Positions 8,144 through 20,100 of a DNA stretch of 64,000 nt are shown in pieces. This DNA is from Candidatus Pacearchaeota archaeon (GTDB lineage: Archaea > Nanobdellota > Nanobdellia > Pacearchaeales > GW2011-AR1). How positions within the stretch are numbered: position 1 is the stretch's first letter; each line of letters begins with the position of its first letter. Below the pieces are notes generated by a model, which was not told the DNA's origin, made no database searches, and saw nothing but the letters and a program-made list of their open reading frames with translations. The position numbers and the translations under genes are program-made. The stretch lies in contig JAGLGM010000001.1 of the NCBI GenBank assembly GCA_023144035.1, forward strand, positions 65,091 through 129,090. The letters run 5' to 3'.

Positions 8144-8571
8144 TTTATTTGTTCCTTTATTCTCTTTAAAAAAATAAAAACTTTCATTGAATAATCACTA
8201 TCTAAAATTTTTCCATAATAAGTTACAGAATTCCTAAGATATCTAAGTTCATTCAAAAAAGAGGTCTCTGCATCAGAAAAACCTAATTCCATGAAATAAG
8301 AAATCTCTGCTTCATGAGAATAACTTCCAGAAGAATAATAACCTCTCATTAACATTTTTGATTTTATCCTTTCCATTATAATATCATAACAGTCTTTTAT
8401 AATGGAATTAGCATTTTTATTATTTATCCCAATTATTTTAATTCTTTCAACTAATCCCTCAAAAGAAATCTCTGATTCCTTTAATAAAAATTCTGCCCGA
8501 GATTTATCAGGAGATATTTTTCTTACTATATTTTTCTCCAAATAATAACTAAATTCTCTCGGCAACTTCAT
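8140..8571 (-). CDS. HEPN-domain protein (toxin-like partner of MNT)
   Basis: 143 aa, all alpha-helical. Rx4-6H-like region (RNSVTYYG...). ATGA overlap with the upstream MNT gene. Confidence 0.55.
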   Translation of the reverse strand: MKLPREFSYYLEKNIVRKISPDKSRAEFLLKESEISFEGLVERIKIIGINNKNANSIIKDCYDIIMERIKSKMLMRGYYSSGSYSHEAEISYFMELGFSDAETSFLNELRYLRNSVTYYGKILDSDYSMKVFIFLKRIKEQIK

Positions 8572-9116
8572 AATTCAACACTCCCAGAAAGCAAAATTCC
8601 ATTAAGAATACTCTCTTTAAGATTTTTATGAATATTCTTAAAAGAAGGATAAAAATTAATAATAATCTTTTTTCTAAACAGCTCTTCATATTTTTCTAGA
8701 AATTTCAAACTTTTTTCTTTCTTTCCAATAACTGCAATATCAACATCAGAACTAAAAATATCTTCTCCCCTAGAATAACTTCCAAAAAGAATAATTGTCG
8801 CTCCATAAAATTCCTCTCTTAATTTAGAAAAAAAACCAGAAGAATAAATTAATCTTAAATTTTCAATTCTCTTTAAATTAATTACTTTATCAAAATTTCT
8901 ATTTAATTCCATATAACTTAAATTCATTTTGCCAACCTTCTCAAAAATTATTAGGTCTGTTTCTATTAATTCAAAAAGAGCTTTAGAAACCGCAGTAGGA
9001 GAAACAGAAAGTTCTTTTGCTACTTGTCTTTGAGTCATTTTTTCTCCTGCTCTTAAACAAAGCAAACCAAAAATATCTTGTTGTAATCTCGTAAACTTAA
9101 ATTTATTTGTATCCAT
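8568..9116 (-). CDS. Minimal nucleotidyltransferase (MNT) with N-terminal wHTH
   Basis: 182 aa. HTH: TQRQVAKELSVSPTAVSKAL. Pol-beta-type NTase motif: GSYSRGEDIFSSDVDIAV. Confidence 0.65.
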   Translation of the reverse strand: MDTNKFKFTRLQQDIFGLLCLRAGEKMTQRQVAKELSVSPTAVSKALFELIETDLIIFEKVGKMNLSYMELNRNFDKVINLKRIENLRLIYSSGFFSKLREEFYGATIILFGSYSRGEDIFSSDVDIAVIGKKEKSLKFLEKYEELFRKKIIINFYPSFKNIHKNLKESILNGILLSGSVEL

Positions 9117-9248
9117 TATAGTTTATACATGTTAACTAAAGTTTATAAAGCTTTTTGAATCAATACTCTTTACAAAGCATCAATTTACCAACTTCACCAG
9201 TAAGAGATTTTGTGTAATAAAAATCTAATTCAGAAAGGGTTTCCTAAA

Positions 9249-9880
9249 CTAAAACCCTTTTCCATCTAAATTTCTTAAAATAATTTTAATTTCTTCAATA
9301 ACTTTTTGTTGATTTTTCTTATCAGACATCCTTACAAACTTAATTACCAAATCTTTTAACTCGGAAACTTCTAAAACTTTTAATTTTTGATTTAAATCTT
9401 GAATTTTAAATTCAGATTCATTTAGTTTCAAATATAAATTTTCTATTTTAATATCTGATTCATTCATTCTGTCTTTTGTTGCATTATTCATTTGAAGTAT
9501 ACCTCCAATAATTAATTGGTCTAAATTCTTTTGGTTAATAAATCCATCACTATAAATTTCCTCTGGAAGAACTGATAAATTTTCTCTATAAACAAAATTA
9601 GTTAATAAATCAATATCATCATAAATATCGAATGTATCAATACTTCCTCCTCCTGTTGCTCCTGGTTCAGAAACAGATACTGAACCATCAGATTCTATTC
9701 TAAAAGCCTCGACACCATCAGTCCAAAATTCAATCCAATTAAAAAATCCTTCAATATAATTATTAGTATTAATTATAATATTTTTATCTCCTCTGCATTA
9801 ATTGATATAATATCTGCATTTATTAAAGGTAAGGTTAAAAAAATTCCTAATACTAAACATATTAATAATTTTCTATTCAT
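9249..9880 (-). pseudogene. Frameshifted remnant of a secreted-protein paralog (related to 7097..8143)
   Basis: ATG at 9880 encodes the signal peptide MNRKLLICLVLGIFLTLPLINADIISINAEE, then a stop at 9775. The body continues in another frame (NIIINTNNYIEGFFNWIEFW...) into ORF 9249..9491. Compare INADVISLNSGG...IINPHEQIEGFFSGI in 7097..8143. Confidence 0.5.
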
Positions 9881-9910
9881 TCTAAATTTAATAGATGTTT
9901 ATTTTTATTT

Positions 9911-11107
9911 CTAAAAACCATTAATTTCATCTTTTGTAGCTGTTATTTTTCCTATTTCTCCTGTAAGAGATTTTGTAAAATAAAAATCAAAATCAGTATC
10001 AGTTTCACATAATAAAGAAGTCATATAAAATGATATTGGAGAAATTTGATTATTATCTACACTTAAAATTCCAACATGATAATCTATTGGATTATCATTA
10101 AAAAAATTATAAATTGTATCTTGTTTCAAAGTACTAGGATTTATTGCAATAACTTGAGGATACTCAAGAAAATTAAAATCTGGTGAAGATATTGTAGGAC
10201 CTAAAGTAGTTATAATTCTTCCCATATCATCAATAGCAAGAGAAGAAGGATATCTTAATTTATCTTTTAAAGGTGTTACAACCTTAGAATCTGAAACATT
10301 ATATATTGTTTTAGTTAATTGGTCTAATACATAATATTTTGAATTATTTAATATTCTTCCTTCTAATGTATTCTCTATAATATCCATTTTACCTATAACA
10401 CTTGAACCCATACTTGTAGACACTCCATCAGGTATTGAAAACTCATGAGATATTTCCTTAGTTTCAATATCAATAGAAATTACTTCTTTATTTTTTGGGA
10501 TGTTTTTAACTGCATAAATATTATTATCACTTCCAAGAATCATATCTGTTATTCCAACTAAACTATCATTTTCTAAATATATTTCTTCTTTATATTTTGT
10601 TTCATCATTATATATTCTATATAATTTATCAGAATTATTTGAAGACAAAATAATAGAATTGTCTGGAAGAGTTATTAAATCTAAAATAAGTTTACCAGGT
10701 CTCCACCCTCTTATACCATCTACATATACCTCTCCTAAATATCCTCCTAAAAAATCATCAACTTCTACATTTGATAATTCATATAATATATTTTGAGATG
10801 ATAAATCTGGTGAATTTGTATATATTTTTGGCTTTACAAGAAAATCAGTTCGGTACAAATTTATAACAGGACTTGAACAAAATAATTGAGTTTCTAAACT
10901 GCCTTGATTATCAAAAGATTTTAAAGTACCTTTTTTATTAGAAGATAATCCTCCAGGTCTTTCATAACCTTGTCCTAAAATTGTTTCAGAAACATTAATT
11001 AATTCATAATTATTTTGTTTTATTTCTGAGTCTTCAAATTTAGTACAACTTCCTAAAGCTAATGAACCTGCTAAAATCCCAGATAATAAAATATTTTTTA
11101 GTTTCAT
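9911..11107 (-). CDS. Putative lipoprotein / secreted beta-propeller-like protein
   Basis: 398 aa. Signal peptide with lipobox-like LALGSC. Repeated DxxxxIY / DMGRIITT-like strands suggest a propeller. Sits directly downstream of the giant fibre gene on the same strand. Confidence 0.5.
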   Translation of the reverse strand: MKLKNILLSGILAGSLALGSCTKFEDSEIKQNNYELINVSETILGQGYERPGGLSSNKKGTLKSFDNQGSLETQLFCSSPVINLYRTDFLVKPKIYTNSPDLSSQNILYELSNVEVDDFLGGYLGEVYVDGIRGWRPGKLILDLITLPDNSIILSSNNSDKLYRIYNDETKYKEEIYLENDSLVGITDMILGSDNNIYAVKNIPKNKEVISIDIETKEISHEFSIPDGVSTSMGSSVIGKMDIIENTLEGRILNNSKYYVLDQLTKTIYNVSDSKVVTPLKDKLRYPSSLAIDDMGRIITTLGPTISSPDFNFLEYPQVIAINPSTLKQDTIYNFFNDNPIDYHVGILSVDNNQISPISFYMTSLLCETDTDFDFYFTKSLTGEIGKITATKDEINGF

Positions 11108-11150
11108 ATTAATTTAACATATTTAAAGTTTATAAATTTTTTTAATTTTT

Positions 11151-14100
11151 TTAACACCATTCTTTTGCTCCCAAATTACATAATGATTTCTTCATTGCTT
11201 GGTTATCTAATAATAATTGATTTATTGTATTATTTTGAGAAATAATTAATTCTTGCTGTCCTTTTGTTGCTTGAACAAGTATAGGAGTTAAATAACCACT
11301 TCTTACTCCTGTTGCATAAAGCATTTTTGTTCCATTTTTATCAATATACCAATTAGATGAATTTGAAGCATTTTCATATATTATTGCCTCAGGAACAATC
11401 TTACCTAATTCTTCTGCAATAAATCCTATATCATGATTTCCAGTATCTTTCCAATTAAAATAACTTCCTTCAATATTAAGAATTTTATCTAAAGCAATTT
11501 GAGAATTTATCTCTGTTATATTTTCTTTCCATCTTATAGAAGAACCAAAACCATAGGTATTATGTGGAGAATAAAAATCAGCAGTGCCACCATCACCATA
11601 CACACCATAAGTAGTCCCTGTACCATACATACCAGTGTTTCCATCACCATATACACCAGTAGCAGTTCCTATACCATATACACCAGTAGTACCTCCACTA
11701 CCATATACACCATAAGTAGTTCCATAACTATATATTCCTGTATTGTCACCATCATGAATATAAACAGAATAAGTTGAAGCATCTGTTCCACTATTACCAA
11801 TTCTTAATCTAGATAAAGGAGTTGTATCTCCAATACCTACATTTCCATTATTAATATAAAAAACTTCTCCAGTGCTATCTCTCATTCTAATTCCTGCTAA
11901 ATCACTATTAAGAAATAAATCACTATGAGATTCAGAACCAAATCCAATATATCCTAATCTTGTAGGAGTTGCTCCATAATAAAATGAAAGAATTGGATTT
12001 GCTGCTGTTTCTGTGGTTTCTGTATCTGTAAGAGAAAGCATATTTGCTCCACCAGCAGAAGAAAGAGATAAAAGCGCATTAGGACTATTAGTTCCAATTC
12101 CCCATTTATCTGCTGAAGCATCATAATATAATCCTGCATTTCCTGATGATTTTCCAAGATTTAAATCAGCTATAGCAGGTGCATCTTCATCATAATTATA
12201 AATATTAAAAATATCATTTGCATCTTGATAAAATGTTGCTCTAAATGTTGAATCTCCAAATATTTTTAATCCTACAGCAGCAGCATTAGGGTCTATTATT
12301 TGACTTCCAACAACATGTAATTTCTCAGTAGGATTAGCTGTTCCAATACCTACTCTATTTGTACTTGTATCTACAAACAAATCAGTATTATCAACACTAA
12401 AGTTTCCTGTAAAGTTTCCATCTCCTACTACATTTAAAATATTTTGAGGTGTTATTGTGTTTATACCTACCTTTCCATCTATATCAAATGAGTGTTTATA
12501 TCCTCCTCCAACATATATCTGAAGTTCTGCATCTGTATCTTCAACAGGTCCAAGAAGCATTTTAGTGCCATCCATACCCATCATTCTTATTATGGTTCCA
12601 TCAGAGAATGCACTATAATAACCTCCATATATAACTATTGGTTTATCTCCTCCATCAACATAAAGGTCTCCTCCACTAACATTTGTAGTTCCAATAACAT
12701 GTAAAGGGTTTAATGGACTATCAGTTCCAATACCTACTCTACTAGTTGAACTATCTACAAATAAATCACTTGTATCAACAACCAAATCTCCTCCGAAAGT
12801 TCCAGTCCCAGCAGCATTAAGATTAGGAGCTCCTGTAAGATATAAACCAACATCATCATCAAAATACCCCCAAACTTTATTACCATCTTCAGGTTCAATA
12901 AATTGAAGATCTTCTCCACTAACCCTTATAGCTGCATCTCCAGTACCAGAAGTATCAAAATAAATAGTTGCATCTGCTTTATCTATTCTCAAATCTCCAG
13001 TCATAGTATCTCCTATAACAGCAACAAAATCTAAACTATCCATAGTATCTAAAGTATCAGCATCTCCAACTTTATCTCCTGATTCATAAAATTCAGTTAC
13101 ATCTGAAAGAGTTGCATAAAGACTAGCTTCATCAGTTAATGTGGCTCCTTTAGTATTTATTTGAGTTTGTATATCTGAACTAACTCCTTGTAAATAATCC
13201 ATTTCTGTTGTAGTTACTCCACTTGCCCAATCATAAATATCATCTTTTTCAGGAACACTAGTATCTCCATCCCAACCAACAGCCCAAACTTCATTTGCAC
13301 CAACAGCACCAGTTACTGAATCCCCATTTTCCCAAAATTGTGTTACATCTGAAAGAGTTGCATAAAGACTAGCTTCATCAGTTAATGTGGCTCCTTTAGT
13401 ATTTATTTGAGTTTGTATATCTGAACTAACTCCTTGTAAATAATCCATTTCTGTTGTAGTTACTCCACTTGCCCAATCATAAATATCATCTTTTTCAGGA
13501 ACACTAGTATCTCCATCCCAACCAACAGCCCAAACTTCATTTGCACCAACAGCACCAGTTACTGAATCCCCATTTTCCCAAAATTCAGTTACATCATTAA
13601 GTAAAGTGTATAAATTTGCTTCTGTCATTACAGTTATTTCTGTATAATCTATTGCTGTTCCTAAATCTACACTTAATACTGAACCACTTCCAGTAAGCCC
13701 TGTACCATCAACATCTGTTGCATCAAAAGTTAAAGCGCATGTGCCTGAAGTACACCCGCCATTTAAACCAGAGGTACCTGCAGTAGTTGTTATTCCTGTA
13801 ATATCTCCTGTATTACTTGTATACCCTTCAGGATTTGAAGCATTATAAAAATGAGTTGCATCTAAGCCATCTAATAAATTAGCATCCCCTCCATCAATAG
13901 CATCAGTACCACAACTAAAAGTATTTGAAGAAACAGTATATAATAATTTCCCACTTGTACAATCAGGAATAGCTTTTGTTTGCCAAGTTGATGTTCCGCT
14001 ACCAACCATTATTGAATCTTCAACACTTGCTGTAAGTCCAGTTCCTCCATTTGCGACAGGTAATGTTCCTGTTACTTCTGATGTAAGAGTAATAGTTCCA

Positions 14101-17100
14101 TCATCAATTATTCCTACATCTGATTCACTTATTGCAGTACCTCCAAAAGTAATATCTCCACCTGTAACCGTTAAATCTCCTGAAAAACTAGAAGCAGGAG
14201 AAGTAATTGTAACAGAAGTATCAGCATTCATAGCAAGAGTATCATCAGATTCAATAACCATTCCTGTCGCTGTTCCATCAATATATGTTCCTGTATCTAC
14301 CCATCTAATATCTGTTCCAGAAGCCATTGTAATTGGAGCTGTACTTGAAAAAGTATGTGCTGCTGTCCATTCAAAAGTTGCTCCCTCATTTAATTCATCG
14401 TCACTAATTGAATTAGCTGGAACAGTTATTCCAGTAACAAAAGTTGGAGAAGTACTAAATACAACATCTCCAGTTCCAGTTCTTGCAGAATAATTTGCAG
14501 ACCATAAAGGTTCTCCAATTGGAGCATATGCTGCATCACCTTCAGTAGCAGTAAGTAAGTCAGCATGAACTTCATTAACAGCCCAAGGATTTGCAGTATT
14601 ATCCCAATCTGCTGTAATTGTTTCAGCTTCTCCTAAAAATGCAACAAGTGATTTATTTCCTGTCCAATAAGGATCTGTTTCTGTGTAAGATGTTAATACA
14701 GCATTTTCATTAGAATAAATTGTTCCTGTAAAATTACCATCTCCAATTACATTTAAAGTGTTTTGAGGAGAAGTTGTTCCAATACCTACATTTCCTGTAT
14801 TTACATCCCAGTGCATTATAGCATACCAACTACTACCTGCATCTGGACTTCTATCTAATACTAAATCTGCACCAGCTGTTTCTCTAAATGAAAACCAATC
14901 ACTACCTGCCCCTCCTGCTTCTCTAAATTCTAAAAGCCTTGAAGCTCCGGGAGTATTACTTGCACTTGGAGCTTTTATACTTAATGATGCCTCAGGACTA
15001 CTTGTTCCAATCCCAACATTCCCAGTTCCTAAATCCATTACTAAAATATTATCTACTCTTGTTCCTATTGCATCTGTTAAAGAAGTATATTTAGCAATTC
15101 CTCCATTAACATTAAAAAGTATTCCTTTATCATCTGCTCCCCCTCCTAAATCTCCATAGATTACATTTACAGAATCTCCTTCCATTACCAAATTAGCATT
15201 TCCACCACTATTATAAATATGTTGTGTTAAACCAGTCATATCTCCTGTACTTCCAAATAAATTTAATCCGGGGCTTGTTGTTCCGATACCTACATTTCCA
15301 TCTTTGTCTATTCTCATTTGCTCAGATATTGAACCCCCTGTGGATGTAACAAATAATAATACAGCAGAATCTTCAATAGTACCAGATATATGAGAATATA
15401 TTGCTGCAACTGTTGAATCCTTTGCTTTAAACTGAATACCACCAACACTATAATCATCACCTAATTCTTGAACTCTGTTTAAAATCAAATTAGGTGCAGC
15501 AGTTGTTTTCTTTAATTCTAATAAATCTCCAGGACTATCAGTTCCAATACCTACATTTCCAGCAGAATCAATTCTCATACCTTCAGCTGCTGCACCATAT
15601 TTAAAAATTAATTCATTAGTTGCATCAGAATGTATACCTGCTCTTTCTACTCCTCCTACTGTTTCTCTAAAAGTATATCCACCTGCTATCCTTCCAATTC
15701 CAATATCTCCATTTACTTCTAATTTTGTTCCAGGGATATCAGTCCCAATACCAATATTTTGATTTTCTAACCAAGTCATAATTGTACTTGCACTTACTCC
15801 TTCTTCTCTTAATCTAAACCTTCCTTGACTTCCATCATCATCTGATAAAAATCTAAAAGGAATACCATTTGTATCTGTTGAAGTTAATCCTATTTGTGCT
15901 GTTGCATCTTCAATTTCTAAATTATAATCAGGACTATCAGTTCCAATACCTACATTACCTGCTTGATTAATATACATACGAGAATTTGAACCATTAGTTT
16001 GAAATTCAATTCCGTCGGCTACATCAGTTGTTCTTATTGTATAATCTGAATTAGAACCACTATCAAATCCAGAAAAACCTATTGTATCTCCATTTCCATC
16101 TTTAACAATTGTATATCCATAAGAAGCATCCAAAACCCCTGTGCTTTGTAATGTTATATGAGTATCAGAATCTTTTAAGTGTAGAATTGTATCAGGATTA
16201 TCTGTTCCAATACCTACATTTCCATCATTATTATTCACAAAAAAATCTGTTCCACCAACACTCAAATTATTATCACCTAAAACAAGATTTGTGTTTGCAC
16301 CAGTATAAGGAACATAACTTGTATTTGTTGTAGAACTCCAAGTAGTGTTATAAGCTGTCCAATTTGACACCCAAGTAGAACCTTGACTCCAAGAATTATT
16401 ATAAGCTGTATAATTTGAAGACCAAAGAGGTTCATTAACTAAAGCATAAGAAGTATTTGTTGTAGAACTCCAAGTAGTGTTGTAAGCTGTCCAATTAGCT
16501 AACCAAGTAACATCTCCACCTGAACTCCAAGTAGTGTTATAAGCTGTCCAATTAGCTAACCAAGTTGCATCTGAACCAGAACCACTAACAGAACTTAAAC
16601 AATTTCCTCCTTCAATACAAAAATCTACTTGAGAAGTTACATTTCCTGTGAAATTTCCATCTCCAATTACATTTAAGGTGTTTTGGGGTGTTGCAGTGTT
16701 TATACCTATGTTTCCACCATCTTTAAGAATCATCCTAAGATGAGAATCTGTTCTACCTCCAACATAAAATTCAATATCTGTTGAGGGAGTATAAGCAGTA
16801 AGAAATAAATTTCCACCAGAACTTTGAATCCCGCCTTTTCCAGCATAATTAGGAACAGCTGCATATCCATCAGAATGAGTAGCAAAATTTAATTGGGAAT
16901 CACTCCCATTTGCAGGAGCATTAAATAAAAACCCTGCAGAACCATCATTTGAAGTTGTATCCACTCTACTTCTAATATTATCTGAACCAGAAATATGTAA
17001 AATTCTTTCAGGATTATCTGTCCCAATACCTACATTACCATCAACAATTAAAGTATCACTGGTTCTTAATTTGTCTGCAGAATCCCTATATAAATCTACA

Positions 17101-20100
17101 TCAATATCTGTACTTCCTGCACCCCATCCTAATTTCCCAACACCATCAAAATTAAATCTTGCATAAGTTTCTCCACTAATTGATGTATAAAAAACTCCTC
17201 TACCAGAAGTTGGAATTGTATTATGAACTAAACCAAAACTCATTCTATCATATAAATCATCACTCTTCATTTTTATTTCGCCTTGATTTCCTTCAATACT
17301 AAAAATCTGTATATTATTACCTGATGTTGTATCTATAATATGTAATTTATCTTCTGGACTACTCGTCCCAATCCCAACATTCCCAGTTGAACTATCTACA
17401 AATAAATCAGTATTATCAACACTAAAGTTTCCTGTGAAGTTTCCATCTCCAATTACATTTAAGGTGTTTTGAGGGGTTGTTGTGTTTATACCTACTCTAG
17501 CAACTCCACCAGTTTCATCAATACGAATTCCTTCAACTCCACCAGCAACTAAACTTAGTTGGTCTGGAGTTCCATCAATAGCAGTTGCTATTCCTGTGTT
17601 TTCATCACCTTCAAAAGTTATTGTTAGACTAGCTAATGTTGGTGCTTCTGCTTTTAAACTACCACCATAAGCTACATTTGAACCAAAATATCTATTATTC
17701 TTTAAGGCAAATTTCGCAACTCCTCCAAGTACAAAATTTAATCTATCATCCAAACTTTCATAAAAACCAGTATCACCATCACCAAAAGTTAAACCTCCAG
17801 ATAAACTTCCTAATGTTCCATTAAGATTTAATAAAGATTGAGGATTATCTGTCCCTATCCCAACATTATCACCACTATTAGTTAGAAAAACATCAGTTCC
17901 TGCCCTACTCCAAGTTGAAGTATTACCTGAGAATGTTCCGAAGAAATTAGAAGCAGTTACATTCCCTGCAATAGAAACATTACCAGAACTAAAATCCCCC
18001 TGAATCAAAGGAACAGCATTTACATTTGCTTGTTGAACTATGAATTGATTAGATAAAACATTATTTAAACCAGCTTGATAACCTAAAGCAACAACATCGT
18101 CACCTGTGTTATTATAACCTGCTTGATAACCAATTCCTGTAATTGTATGTCCTGTGTTTAAACGACCAGCCTCGTAACCAATTCCTATAGCATTACTTCC
18201 TTCATTTGAATAACCTGCTCTAAAACCAATTGTTGATTGATAAGCTCCTTGATTTGAATAACCTGCTTGATAACCTATTGCTACTTGATTAATTCCTGTA
18301 TTTGAATGACCTGAATAAGGTCCAAATACAACTTGATTACTTCCTATATTTGAATAACCTGCATAATAACCTATTGCTGATTGACCCACACCTTCATTTT
18401 CACGACCTGCATTAAGACCAAATACTGATTGATAATCTGCTTTATTATCATAACCTGCATAATAACCTATTGCAACTTGACTAGTTCCATTATTTTGATA
18501 ACCTGCATAATAACCTATTGCTGATTGATAATCTCCTGTGTTTAAATAACCTGAATAAGCTCCTAATGCAGCTTGATTAAATCCGGTATTTGCTTGGCCT
18601 GTACGATAACCTACTGCTGATTGTTGGTTTCCTGTATTTGATAAACCTGCTTGATAACCAATTGCTATTTGACGATTTCCTGTATTTGAAAAACCTGCTT
18701 GATAACCAATTGCTAAAGAATATAAAGTATCAGAACCTGCTAATTTTCCAATTCCAAAACTATTATTTGTTTCAAAATATTCTATAAAATCATCACCACC
18801 AAATTTATATGTTTGGTCATTTGGAATTGTTAATCCTCCTGTAAAGTTTCCATCTCCAATTACATTTAAGGTGTTTTGTGGGGTTAAAGTATTTATTCCA
18901 ACATTTCCTGTATTATCTATCCTCATTCTTTCTAAACCATTTGTTGCAAACCTCATATTAGTATCTTCATAATTCCAAAATATTAATTCTTCAACAGTAG
19001 ACATACCAAATAAAACACCATCACTTGAACCAACACCTGTATCATCATTTGAAAATCTTACATGTAAACTACCTCCTCCTGATTCAAATAAATCTAAATT
19101 ACGAGTTGGTGTTGAAGTTCCAATCCCAACATTCCCAGTTGAACTATCTACAAATAAATCAGTATTATCAACACTAAAGTTTCCTGTGAAGTTTCCATCT
19201 CCAATTACATTTAAGGTGTTTTGAGGTGTTGAAGTGTTGATACCTACATTTCCACTATTAATATAAGAGTTTCCATTTGGATTTATTCTCACATTGTTAT
19301 TCAAAGAAGAATCCCATAAATCTAATACTCCTGTAGCAGAAGCTAAACGCATTCTTTGTGTATAACCATCATCACTATCTCTCCAATAAAATACATCTCC
19401 TGTATCAAAATTAATATTCCCTCCAGTACTCCTTAGAATAAGTGCAGAATTTCCTACGAAAGTTAAGGCGTTTGTCCCCATTATTATTCCTTGTCCAACT
19501 GAATTTACATACATTTGGACATTCTCTGCACTTTTGTCATCATATCCATTTAATTGTATACCTTTTCCATCTACACTTTGACTAACTTCTAATTTTACAG
19601 AAGGATTATCAGTCCCAATCCCAACATTATCTCCACTATTAGTTAGAAAAACATCAGTTCCTGCCCTACTCCAAGTTGAAGTATTACCCGAGAATGTTCC
19701 GAAGAAATTAGAAGCAGTTACATTCCCTGCAATAGAAACATTACCAGAACTAAAATCCCCCTGTATCAAAGGAACAGCATTTACATTTGCTTGTTGAACT
19801 ATGAATTGGTCATCTAAAACATTATTTAAACCAGCTTGATAACCTAAAGCAACTACATCGTCACCAGTGTTATTTTGTGTTGCATAATATCCAATTCCTG
19901 TAACTCTATGTCCTGTATTTAAATAACCTGCATAATACCCTATTACTGTTTGAAAACTTCCTGTGTTTTCACGACCTGCAAGATAACCTATTGCTGATTG
20001 ATAAGCTCCTGAATTTTGACGACCAGCATTATAACCTAATGCTGATTGAGAACTCCCTGTATTTTGATAACCTGCAGAATGACCTATTACTACTTGATTA

